Shown one piece after another: positions 29,117-37,899 of a DNA stretch of 64,000 nucleotides. Both the position numbers and the translations under genes were made by a program. The stretch covers positions 576,001 through 640,000 of the forward strand of contig CAXXOU010000001.1 in assembly GCA_963677495.2 (NCBI GenBank), read 5' to 3'. The DNA comes from Candidatus Cloacimonadales bacterium. Lineage in GTDB: Bacteria; Cloacimonadota; Cloacimonadia; Cloacimonadales; JAFGVF01. Numbering within the stretch: the first letter of the stretch is position 1; every line of letters starts with the position of its first letter. The notes beneath the pieces were generated by a model. It was not told the origin of the DNA. It ran no database searches and worked only from the letters and a program-made list of their open reading frames with translations.

Positions 29117-29559
29117 TTCTTAGATTTCTCCTTACTTCTGATCCGCTTTATCACCTGTTCATAATCTTTTCCTACTATTACATAAAACGGTGCAGTCGTC
29201 CGCTCTGTTACAGCAAGTGTATACTCATCAATCGTAGTCATCTTTCTCAACCTTTTCAGGTCTTCCGGAATATCCTTTTTCACAATGATGATACTCTTAT
29301 TGTAATTGAAACTGTTTGCATTCCCTGTACTGGTAACAACAATGTTCTCATAGTACAAGGCATCTGCAATCAGATTCGCAGCACCAGGAATCCCACAACC
29401 GTTCAATATTTTTATCTGAACTGGTGGCAGTAAATCTGATTCATCCTCTTCGACAACTGTTTCAACATTTTTATTCTGTAGATACAAAACTGTCCCAACA
29501 GCGATTATAACTGCTAAAACTACCGAAAAAATGAACCATTTACTTTTTACAAATGACAA
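29113..29559 (-). CDS. LytR C-terminal domain protein
   Basis: TM anchor; ILNGCGIPGAA, GNANSF, VIVGKDY. Confidence 0.85.
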   Translation of the reverse strand: MSFVKSKWFIFSVVLAVIIAVGTVLYLQNKNVETVVEEDESDLLPPVQIKILNGCGIPGAANLIADALYYENIVVTSTGNANSFNYNKSIIIVKKDIPEDLKRLRKMTTIDEYTLAVTERTTAPFYVIVGKDYEQVIKRIRSKEKSKK

Positions 29560-29565
29560 ATTATT

Positions 29566-30063
29566 TTACCCCTTCAATCTGTCAAACTGTTCTTTAAGCT
29601 GTAGATACGCTCTTTCAAATGACTCTGGGATAACACGATAACCACCTATGGTTGACATGAAATTATTATCTCCATCCCAACGTGGTACAAGATGAACATG
29701 AATATGCTCTTCAATTCCCGCTCCGGCTGCTTTACCCAGATTCATTCCAATATTGATACCTTGAGGTTTATAATTCTCGTTAAGCACTTTCTCAGCTTTT
29801 TGAACTACAGCAAACAGATCGTTACGCTCATCATCATTCAGGTCACTTAACTGACTTACATGACGATAAGGTACTACCATTATATGTCCATTGTTATATG
29901 GATAAATGTTTAATATCACGAAGCAGAACTCCGAGCGATAAACGATAAAATGTTTATCATCTTCATTAGCTTCAGGTTTTATACAGAAAATGCACCCTTT
30001 CTCTTTTTCTGAAAGAATGTAATCCAATCTCCAGGGAGAGTAGAGATATTTCTGTTCTTTCAT
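29566..30063 (-). CDS. HIT-family hydrolase
   Basis: CIFC, NIYPYNNGHIMVVP, HIHVHLVPRW. Confidence 0.92.
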   Translation of the reverse strand: MKEQKYLYSPWRLDYILSEKEKGCIFCIKPEANEDDKHFIVYRSEFCFVILNIYPYNNGHIMVVPYRHVSQLSDLNDDERNDLFAVVQKAEKVLNENYKPQGINIGMNLGKAAGAGIEEHIHVHLVPRWDGDNNFMSTIGGYRVIPESFERAYLQLKEQFDRLKG

Positions 30064-31086
30064 CTATTCGTAATCCTCTATTGATGTTGAACGGAAGGGA
30101 TGAACTTCCTGATCATTGATTGTAGAATCTTTTACAATATTGAAACCTTCCAGAATAGAGTTCTCTGAGATTTTAGAGTCAACGATATAGCAATTTGGTC
30201 CAATGAATGCACCCTCTTCAATCAAAGTTTTACCCTTGATTATTGAGTTAGCCTGGATTGTTACATCTCTGGCAATCTCAACGTCATCACCGATAATCAC
30301 AGTAGATGGGTTCTCAATAGTAACCCCATTATTCATAAAGTTAAGTTTTATCTCATCATAATATGCTGTTTCCAGCTCAGCTAACTGAGCTTGAGAGTTA
30401 ACACCTGCAGCTTCTACAAAGTTTTCAAGAACAGCAGAACCAACAACCTTACCTTCGTTATTGAGAATACTAAGAGTATCTGTTAGATAGTATTCACCCT
30501 GAGCATTGTTGTTATCAAGCTTATCAAGAGCACCGAAAAGGTCTTGTGAATTAAAACAATAGATACCTGTATTTATCTCATTTATAGCTCTCTGCTCATC
30601 ATTTGCATCTTTGAATTCAACGATTCTATCAACATTACCATCAGGGAATCTAACGATTCGTCCATACATAGCCGGATCATCCATAAAAGCTGTAAGAACA
30701 GTACATGAAGCTTTATTAGCTCTATGCTCTTTGATCATCTTCTTAAGTGTCTCAGCAGTTAAAAGTGGTACATCACCACATAGAATAAAGATTTCACCTT
30801 CGAAATCGGGCATTGCATCTCTTGCAACCATAACCGCATGACCTGTACCATTCTGCTCAACCTGTTCAGAAAAGAGAAGTTCACAATCAGTTTGAATCGC
30901 TCCCATCACTGTCTCTTTCTGATAACCAACCACAACGTTGATTAAGTCACAATCAGCTTTAACAGCTGTTTCAACAACTCTTTGTACTAATGGTTTATCA
31001 GCAAGTTTGAATACGACTTTTGGTTTGTTTGATTTCATGCGTGTGCCTTTACCGGCTGCGAGTATTATTGATGCTACAGAACTCAT
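30064..31086 (-). CDS. glmU: GlmU-like UDP-GlcNAc pyrophosphorylase with a shortened C-terminal left-handed beta-helix
   Basis: LAAGKGTRMKS, EQNGTGHAV, GDVPL, NNAQGEYYLTD; only 340 aa. Confidence 0.8.
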   Translation of the reverse strand: MSSVASIILAAGKGTRMKSNKPKVVFKLADKPLVQRVVETAVKADCDLINVVVGYQKETVMGAIQTDCELLFSEQVEQNGTGHAVMVARDAMPDFEGEIFILCGDVPLLTAETLKKMIKEHRANKASCTVLTAFMDDPAMYGRIVRFPDGNVDRIVEFKDANDEQRAINEINTGIYCFNSQDLFGALDKLDNNNAQGEYYLTDTLSILNNEGKVVGSAVLENFVEAAGVNSQAQLAELETAYYDEIKLNFMNNGVTIENPSTVIIGDDVEIARDVTIQANSIIKGKTLIEEGAFIGPNCYIVDSKISENSILEGFNIVKDSTINDQEVHPFRSTSIEDYE

Positions 31087-31113
31087 TATAAATTTCCTTT
31101 TTCTATAATTTTT

Positions 31114-31569
31114 TTATATTCGTTTTAATTCTTTCAGATGTTCTGACATTGTTTTTCCGGTAATAGGATGTACAATATCAGGAGATAACTCAGTTAAGGG
31201 GATTAGAACAAAATCTCTTTCTGTCAAGTACTGATGTGGAATAATTAAATCTTTTTCATTTAAGACAATATCTTCATAGAGAAGAATATCTATATCGATG
31301 TTCCTTGGCCCCCATTTTATCTCTCTTTTTCGACCCATCTCCTGTTCAGTTAACAGGCAAAGAGTAAGTAACTCTTTTGGTGTTAGATCAGTTTCTATCT
31401 CAAGAACCAGATTAAGAAAATCCGGTTGGTCTACCAAGCCAAAGGGCTCCGTTTCCAAAGTCTTACTTCTGCGTATTACTTCTATCGATCTTTTAAGTAA
31501 AGTTATAGCAGTTTGTAGATTATCTTCCCTCTCACCTATGTTAGAACCAAGACCCAAATATGCTTTCAT
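31114..31569 (-). CDS. folK: 6-hydroxymethyl-7,8-dihydropterin pyrophosphokinase
   Basis: YLGLGSNIG, QPDFLN, WGPRNIDIDILL, ERDFVLIPL. Confidence 0.95.
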   Translation of the reverse strand: MKAYLGLGSNIGEREDNLQTAITLLKRSIEVIRRSKTLETEPFGLVDQPDFLNLVLEIETDLTPKELLTLCLLTEQEMGRKREIKWGPRNIDIDILLYEDIVLNEKDLIIPHQYLTERDFVLIPLTELSPDIVHPITGKTMSEHLKELKRI

Positions 31570-31925
31570 TAACGCTGACGTTCCATCGCAACTTCAACAT
31601 ATTTTAGTGGTCCCTGAATCGGTACTGAAGGTTTTCTGATAGCAACTTCAGCTTTTTCGATCAGGTTGAATCTATCGAACATCTCATCAAGAATCTTGTT
31701 TACACAGTTTTCGAGCAGATGATATTGATGCGTTTCCATAACCTCTTTCACAAGGTCATAAACCTTTGTGTAGTCAAGTGTATCCTCTAGGTGATGAATC
31801 TTTCTATCCTGTTCTTTCGCTGTATGGATAAGTACACTTACAACAAAACGTTGCCCAAGCTTACGCTCCTCGTCATGCACACCATGAAAACCGTAAAACA
31901 CCATCTCTTCAAGATGTATCTTCAT
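31569..31925 (-). CDS. folB: Dihydroneopterin aldolase
   Basis: FYGFHGVHDEERKLGQRF, DTLDY, LLE, RKP; start at 31925 overlaps the upstream stop (ATGA). Confidence 0.92.
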   Translation of the reverse strand: MKIHLEEMVFYGFHGVHDEERKLGQRFVVSVLIHTAKEQDRKIHHLEDTLDYTKVYDLVKEVMETHQYHLLENCVNKILDEMFDRFNLIEKAEVAIRKPSVPIQGPLKYVEVAMERQR

Positions 31926-32383
31926 TCTTCGCTCCTCTCGCAACTAACCGGTTCTATCTGTAAATCTTTGGGAAGTATTTCAGCAACCTCATAACTGATT
32001 CTACGACCATAAACCTTATCAATGAGCTTCACAGGAATAAGACTAAAGGCAAGCATCCCCATCGCAATTAGCACAGAGAACCCTTCGTTCAATCCCACAG
32101 CCGTTCCAATTATATATCCAAGTATCATAAAAAGCACCGGTACAAGGAACACAAACAGGGCTGAGAGCACTTTTGAACCACTAATCAACTCAATTCTCAC
32201 CTTGTCATTAACCTTCACTTTATCGGATGCTTTTGCACTGAATTTAATGTTCTTTTTTGTAGAACCACAAACCAGACTCATTGAGCATGAGGAACAACCT
32301 CCACCGGCTATCACCTCAACTTCTGCGATTCCTTTCTTTATAGACCGTACAATCCCTACGCTATCAGCGGATTCAGTACTCAT
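31922..32383 (-). CDS. RseC/MucC-family membrane protein
   Basis: CSSC..C motif followed by two TM helices. Confidence 0.8.
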   Translation of the reverse strand: MSTESADSVGIVRSIKKGIAEVEVIAGGGCSSCSMSLVCGSTKKNIKFSAKASDKVKVNDKVRIELISGSKVLSALFVFLVPVLFMILGYIIGTAVGLNEGFSVLIAMGMLAFSLIPVKLIDKVYGRRISYEVAEILPKDLQIEPVSCERSEE

Positions 32384-32502
32384 TATTTACGTCCTTTTAT
32401 AACTTTCTGTTTCCAACAAAAATTGGTTCCAGCAATAAATCAAGTTATTTCATAGTAAATTGATATATGTAATTGAATTTGTGATATTTGCAATGTATCT
32501 TT

Positions 32503-32580
32503 TGGAGTGCATCAACTGCGTAGATGCGTCTTGTCACGAAAATAAAACCTTCGTAATGGTCCCTAGACCTTCCGAATGGT
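32503..32580. repeat. Left-end REP-like element (units A+B), copy 2
   Basis: TGGAGTGCATCAACTGCGTAGATGCGTCTTGTCAC...CCTTCGTAATGGT..CCTTCCGAATGGT, homologous to 14645-14728. Confidence 0.75.
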
Positions 32581-32663
32581 TGCCCCACTAAGAAACTAAC
32601 TCGGACTTGCACCAGTCTTCGTTTAAAAAACTACACCCGGCTGGTCGCAAAGAAGTGTTTCGG

Positions 32664-32803
32664 ATATCAGCACCTTGTGTGCTGAACAACAATAGCTATG
32701 GGTGCAACCCATTATGAATTGTGTTCCTATATCAGCACCTTGTGTGCTGAACATGAATAGCTATGGGTGCAAACCCATAGAATCCCCAGCCCAATATGGG
32801 CTG
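32664..32803. repeat. Tandem 65-bp-period double-hairpin repeat (two copies plus a third related hairpin)
   Basis: ATATCAGCACCTTGTGTGCTGAACA..AATAGCTATGGGTGCAA(A)CCCAT at 32664 and 32729, then CAGCCCAATATGGGCTG. Confidence 0.8.
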
Positions 32804-32897
32804 AATTATCTCCCCTCAACCCCTAAATATCTTATCATTATGATATTGAAGAAACTCAAAGTAAGAATTATATCAACAATAATTTAAACTCAATATG

Positions 32898-34025
32898 CTA
32901 TATAGTTGCAATGAAGTCATCAAAACTTCCAAGCTTAGCAAAGTTGATTTCATATGAACCATCTTCTAGTTTATCAATTCTAACCGAATCAACACCAACT
33001 CTCTGCAAAATATCATTTGTAACTAAAGTTCCTTCAGATAGTCTAAGAACATCTCTTAATATCCATTCACCTAACTCTCTGTTGCTATATGACATCAATG
33101 CCTTTCCTCCATCCTGACAAACTTTCGCTTGCAAATCATTACCGGTTGGAAGTTTCAACTGAAAAGGGGTATTCCTATCTGGAAAGAAGTTTGGAACTTT
33201 TCTTCTAACAACAATTGGGATTGGAATATATACCTCATTGGGGTGTCTTTTTCTACCCTTGGCATTCCATTGATTAAGACCACTTCTTTCTTCAACATTA
33301 CCCCTACTTCCATATAACGGCAAATAAACAGTTTGTATAATCTTTGCAGAGTGTTGTCCGTTTTCATTAATACTACCCAACAATGCCCTTAATACTTCTA
33401 ATGGATCATCAAGAATTGCTATTGGTATCTGCTCAATGATATTATCTGTTGTAAACCTTTTAAACAAAGTACTCTTGGAGTGGAGGAATTTGTACTCATG
33501 AATACCATCATTAAACATTATAGATTTAGAATTATCAGAAGTGATATCTATATCACCAAGCATAATTGAATCCATGCTTTCTTCATATATATTATAAACA
33601 CCTTCATCTCTGACAACACAATGATACATTAAGCTATCCAATGAGAACAAATTAGAAGTAAAATCTAATCTTGCATTCCTTAAATCAGATATTTTTTGAA
33701 TTTTTTTTAGAGTAGAAAGGTCTCGGTAGCTAATTATGTCTTTGTTAAATTCAGCAATTTTTTGAAAACTATTTTCACTTTTTGGAGCAAAAGTTTTTAA
33801 TCCTATACCTAATTGACCCATCTGTGCATCAACAGACACATCACCTCTCGAAAGGTCCCTAGCAGTAAATGCTTTGCAAAAAATCTTTTCAGCTAACCTA
33901 TAATACAAGTAGGGAGTTTTTGATTCAGAGAACATATTAGATAATGCTCCAACAATTTTCAAAAGTTCACGATATTCTCTTTTGTTGTATTCAGGCTGAT
34001 TTGAAAAGAACAATCTATTCTCCAA
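32898..34025 (-). CDS. Type II restriction endonuclease, NgoFVII-family-like
   Basis: Overlaps the MTase stop; N-terminal D..GLKTF nuclease-like motif; C-terminal SGLNQWNAKGRKR..NEVYIPIP. Confidence 0.65.
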   Translation of the reverse strand: MENRLFFSNQPEYNKREYRELLKIVGALSNMFSESKTPYLYYRLAEKIFCKAFTARDLSRGDVSVDAQMGQLGIGLKTFAPKSENSFQKIAEFNKDIISYRDLSTLKKIQKISDLRNARLDFTSNLFSLDSLMYHCVVRDEGVYNIYEESMDSIMLGDIDITSDNSKSIMFNDGIHEYKFLHSKSTLFKRFTTDNIIEQIPIAILDDPLEVLRALLGSINENGQHSAKIIQTVYLPLYGSRGNVEERSGLNQWNAKGRKRHPNEVYIPIPIVVRRKVPNFFPDRNTPFQLKLPTGNDLQAKVCQDGGKALMSYSNRELGEWILRDVLRLSEGTLVTNDILQRVGVDSVRIDKLEDGSYEINFAKLGSFDDFIATI

Positions 34026-34971
34026 GTGCTATCATGATTTTTTTAGCTATACGTTCAATAACTGGTATTGAAACTGAATTACCAAACTGTTTGTACAAGT
34101 GAGAGTCAGCAATACTAGGTAGCTTATAATCGTTAGGAAAACCTTGAAAGTTTGCACATTCTCGTGGAGTTAACTTTCTTATCCCCTTAGAATCCTTTAT
34201 AATTGGAACATTATGACCGCCTGTACCCATGTTCGCAGTCAACGTTGGACACACACCAGCTTTATTCTCTCTAACATATTTCCTACGCCACTGGTATATT
34301 TTATTTGAATCAATAACGTCGTTCTTAATTCTTTCGAAAAGAGGTTTGTCATTATAATAATACTTTGACTCTACGTCACTTTCAAGACAATCATGAATCG
34401 TTTTAGTAAGCTTTATTTTTGCTGGGAAACGAAATCTATTATACTCATTTTCATCTAAAAATCCGACTATATAAATTCTTTCTCTGTTTTGAGGTAGGTC
34501 TCCGTATTCCATTGTATTCATTACCTTATCAGTAACATAATAACCTAACCTTTTCAACTCCTGATAGATGACTTTAATTGTATGCCCCTTATCATGTGTT
34601 TTGAGGTTTTTCACGTTTTCTAGCAGAATTGCTCTTGGACGTCTTCTCTCAAGTATTCTAACTATGTCAAAAAAGAGATTACCTCGTCCATCTTTATCCT
34701 GAAATCCTTCACGATAACCTGCAATAGAAAATGGTTGGCAAGGGAATCCGCCTGTTAAAATTTCAAACTCAGGTAATATATGCTCATCTATCTGGGATAT
34801 ATCACCAAGATATAACTCAGTAGAATACTCAAAATCTTTAGCGAAATTGCTATCAAATGTCAATTTACAATGCTTATCTATATCATTGGAGAAAACACAA
34901 GAAAATCCAGCATTTTCAAACCCAATCTTTACTCCGCCTATACCTGCAAATAAATCAATAAATCTAATCAT
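34015..34971 (-). CDS. DNA (cytosine-5)-methyltransferase
   Basis: FAGIGG (motif I), GFPCQPFS (IV), ENVKNL (VI), QNRER (VIII), GNSV (X). Confidence 0.95.
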   Translation of the reverse strand: MIRFIDLFAGIGGVKIGFENAGFSCVFSNDIDKHCKLTFDSNFAKDFEYSTELYLGDISQIDEHILPEFEILTGGFPCQPFSIAGYREGFQDKDGRGNLFFDIVRILERRRPRAILLENVKNLKTHDKGHTIKVIYQELKRLGYYVTDKVMNTMEYGDLPQNRERIYIVGFLDENEYNRFRFPAKIKLTKTIHDCLESDVESKYYYNDKPLFERIKNDVIDSNKIYQWRRKYVRENKAGVCPTLTANMGTGGHNVPIIKDSKGIRKLTPRECANFQGFPNDYKLPSIADSHLYKQFGNSVSIPVIERIAKKIMIALGE

Positions 34972-35117
34972 GTTTAATTAATTTATACTATCCACATAAT
35001 GTCAAGCATTAAGTATTACTTAACAGTAGATTTAACCTTGCTGAGTGTAATTATTGCTTCGTAACACACTTCAATGCACATAACATCCTATTGATTCTTC
35101 TCTTTTACTACTCACCC

Positions 35118-35162
35118 GTTCCCCGTTAGCTTCCCGTTAGCTCCCCGTTAGAAACTCGTTAC
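35118..35162. repeat. 11-bp periodic array of TCCCCGTTAG, copy 2
   Basis: ccccgttagc ttcccgttag ctccccgtta gaaactcgtt ac. Confidence 0.75.
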
Positions 35163-35360
35163 GGGGGATGGGAATTGGATTTGGAATAGATTGGAAGTTG
35201 ATGTAATCAGGGAATATAGTAAGAAAGTACATAATAATTTGAATTTGGGTTAGGGATGTCTGACTTCTTGCAGAGACAAACGAAGTTTTTTTAGATTGTT
35301 ATAAGAGCGTCATTCTGATTGTCTAGGACCAGAAGGTAGATATTGGATGATTAGTTACTA

Positions 35361-35496
35361 AGTGCATCTACACAGTTGATGCAGTCCAAATGGAAAGAAC
35401 CTTGAGGAAAACACCCCACCGTAAACGGCACCCCTCTGTAAGAGGGGAATCAATAAGAGCACCATTGAGAAGGTCTAAGGTCCATCCGCAAGGTGC
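35361..35496. repeat. REP mosaic: inverted unit A, ACCCC/AGAGGGG double hairpin, inverted unit B
   Basis: Reverse complement gives TTTGGACTGCATCAACTGTGTAGATGCA and CCTTGCGGATGGACCTTAGACCTTCTCAATGGT. Confidence 0.65.
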
Positions 35497-35505
35497 TAAT
35501 GAACC

Positions 35506-35600
35506 TTCATTGCGCTGTCATAATAAATAGGCAAAACTAATAACTTTCCGGGTAGTCTCTTGGGGCTCTCCTATTAAAATCAATAAGAGACTACTAGGAA
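35506..35600. repeat. Right-end element with AGTCTCTT-N23-AAGAGACT, copy 2
   Basis: Arms at 35554-35561 and 35585-35592; flanks align with 18003-18095. Confidence 0.7.
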
Positions 35601-35706
35601 AATGACAGGATACAGATAGCTGAGGGATGTGAATTATGAGAGAGCAATGAGACTGCCAAGATATGGGTGACTCATTGCGGACAGGGATGTCCGCGTACCC
35701 GGTAAT

Positions 35707-35735
35707 AAAAAAAGGGCTCAAGAAATTGAGCCCTT
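35707..35735 (-). terminator. Terminator of the rpmH-jag operon
   Basis: AAGGGCTCAA-TTTC-TTGAGCCCTT followed by a T-run. Confidence 0.85.
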
Positions 35736-35757
35736 ACAATAGTTAAATATTTAGTTC

Positions 35758-36204
35758 TTAGATTTCTGAGCTATAGTTTTGTCCTGTTATCATCTTCTTC
35801 ACGAGAGGAATAACACCCTTATCGGACTTATCAATCTCAGCTTCAGCTTCTTTGACTGCTTGTTGCCAGTAGGTTGTGAAACCACGCTCCTTCTCAAAGA
35901 GAATTTCAAGTGCACGGTTATACACCATTAGGTTCCTAAGTTCTGAGCGGGATGGTTTTGTCTGCCAGGTTTTCACAGTAGTTTGAAGGTTTAGGTTAAC
36001 CTCTTTTAACTGCTCAAGTTCTTTAGACAAAGCATTATTACCTTTCGCATTAATCTCCATCTGCGTGTTTAGAAACTCTTTAAGCTTCTTCATCTCACGC
36101 TTGTAAGAACCTACTTTAAATAGTGCGTTTAACCAAACAATTATAACCACAACCAAGCCAATTAAAAGGCCTTGAACGAATGGATTCATTATAAGATCTT
36201 TCAT
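35758..36204 (-). CDS. Hypothetical membrane-anchored coiled-coil protein
   Basis: N-terminal TM helix, helical body, GAGG RBS. Confidence 0.7.
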   Translation of the reverse strand: MKDLIMNPFVQGLLIGLVVVIIVWLNALFKVGSYKREMKKLKEFLNTQMEINAKGNNALSKELEQLKEVNLNLQTTVKTWQTKPSRSELRNLMVYNRALEILFEKERGFTTYWQQAVKEAEAEIDKSDKGVIPLVKKMITGQNYSSEI

Positions 36205-36215
36205 AGATACCTCAC

Positions 36216-36986
36216 TTACTTAGACCACAACTCCGGGTCATGACTGAAATAGATTGTGTATCCTTTTTTCAGGATATACTCTTTAGCTTTGAATGAATCT
36301 TTTCTTGAAATATCATACGCAGAAATAATCGGTGGAATCAGATGATGCTGAGTAGGAATGATGTCTCCGGCCCAAATCGCTTGAATATCCTCATTGTCTA
36401 TTTCAACAATCTGGAAGCCTTCAGTGTGGCCACCAACCTTAATTACTCTTATGCCGTCAAACAGTTCGGAATCACCTTTAACAAGGCTCATCTTTCCTTT
36501 CTCTTCGAGAAGTGAAAGATCACGTTCGAAGTCATATGCGGCTTTATTAAGCGCATCAGGGTTTCGTGCTATAAGCCACTCTGCTTCCTGAGTCCAATGT
36601 GTTGCATTTGGAAAGGTAAGTTGCTCTTTCCCATCAATTACAGAAACAACTCCACCTGCATGGTCAAAATGCAGATGTGTAAGAATTACATCAGTGATAT
36701 CTTCTCTGGAATATCCTGCATCCTTTAGCGAGTGGAACATCTCATAATCGGAATAAGCGTAGATCTTCTTGAGCTTCTCAGGAAGCTTGTTTCCTATTCC
36801 TGTATCGATTATAACTTTATGATTAGGAGTGACAATCAACAACAAGTTGATTCTGATTCTCTGTCTGTGTTTTGCATCTACCTCTATTGATTTCTCCCAG
36901 AGCGCACGTGGCATAACACCCATTGATGCACCTGCGTCAGTTGAGTAGTAGCCGGCACAGATAGGAATCAGTTTGATATTACTCAC
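36216..36986 (-). CDS. Metallo-beta-lactamase-fold hydrolase (YtnP-like)
   Basis: DTGIG, THLHFDHAGG, GHT, GD, HD motifs. The likely start is GTG 36986; the ORF-track extension overlaps jag. Confidence 0.85.
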   Translation of the reverse strand: MSNIKLIPICAGYYSTDAGASMGVMPRALWEKSIEVDAKHRQRIRINLLLIVTPNHKVIIDTGIGNKLPEKLKKIYAYSDYEMFHSLKDAGYSREDITDVILTHLHFDHAGGVVSVIDGKEQLTFPNATHWTQEAEWLIARNPDALNKAAYDFERDLSLLEEKGKMSLVKGDSELFDGIRVIKVGGHTEGFQIVEIDNEDIQAIWAGDIIPTQHHLIPPIISAYDISRKDSFKAKEYILKKGYTIYFSHDPELWSK

Positions 36987-37893
36987 TCTTTTCCTGTCTT
37001 CTGTTACTGTTGTGATTGCTATGATTGCTGTTATTGTTTCTTCTAGGACGGTAGTTACTGCTTTTTCTTCTACGGTTGTCACTTGAAGGTCTGTTTCTAT
37101 CACGATTTCTATCGTTTCTTTCAGGTCTCTCACCCCTATCAGATCTTTCCTTACGTTCACCACGGTCATGACGATCATTACGGTCGTTAGGACGTCTACC
37201 ATTAGTTGGTTTTCTACGTGGTCTACGCTTATCGCGATAGGTCATATGTTTGAAATCTTCTTCAGAAGCCTGATCTTTGTTGAAGACAACCACATTCTTT
37301 AATTTTCCGTCACCAATAGTAAGTGTCGATAAGCCTGAAATCTTCTCAACCTCACGATGTACAATACGTCTGCTGCCAGCATCAAGGCTGAAGATAGTTA
37401 TATACTTCTTTTCCATAGACTGGAAATTAGCGATCTGCTTGGCTATACGCTGCCTAAACTGCTCTTTCTGTCTCTCCCTGTAGTTATCGACATCAAGCAG
37501 GATTTTACCAACAGTTTTATGCTCTTCAAAAACTCTGTTTAATAGATATTGAAGCTGGTCGATAAAGCGACCATCTTTTCCAACAAGTAAACCCACATCA
37601 GAGCGTGGATAGATTCTTACGTAGAATGCTTTGTCCTCAATACTCATCTCTATGTTTGGCTTTTCGATCTGCATCTTTTCGAAAAGTTCAACTAAGAAAC
37701 TCTCAACCATCTCATCCGGATCTTGTAGTTTAAATTTTACAACTGCCTGTTTATTTCCAAAGATTCCTAAAAATCCCTTCGCTGCTTCCTGTTTAATTTC
37801 ATAACTGAAGTCGCGTTTTGAAAGACCTTTCTCTTTCATAAATTCATTGATAACTTCCTCTACGGAGTTACCTTTCATCGTAATTGTTTTCAT
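36979..37893 (-). CDS. jag: Jag/EloR RNA-binding protein (Jag_N, KH, R3H)
   Basis: KGFLGIFG, LVGKDG, LDVDNYR, RRIVH; R/D/N-rich tail. Confidence 0.88.
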   Translation of the reverse strand: MKTITMKGNSVEEVINEFMKEKGLSKRDFSYEIKQEAAKGFLGIFGNKQAVVKFKLQDPDEMVESFLVELFEKMQIEKPNIEMSIEDKAFYVRIYPRSDVGLLVGKDGRFIDQLQYLLNRVFEEHKTVGKILLDVDNYRERQKEQFRQRIAKQIANFQSMEKKYITIFSLDAGSRRIVHREVEKISGLSTLTIGDGKLKNVVVFNKDQASEEDFKHMTYRDKRRPRRKPTNGRRPNDRNDRHDRGERKERSDRGERPERNDRNRDRNRPSSDNRRRKSSNYRPRRNNNSNHSNHNSNRRQEKSE

Positions 37894-37899
37894 ATATTG

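Noticed and set aside
32664..32803. CRISPR array
   Set aside because: Only two ~50-nt units separated by ~15 nt, no spacer series and no cas genes.
36987..37202. N-terminal extension of the MBL hydrolase as a real overlapping gene
   Set aside because: It is an alternative frame of the repetitive jag tail; the recognisable fold starts at GTG 36986.
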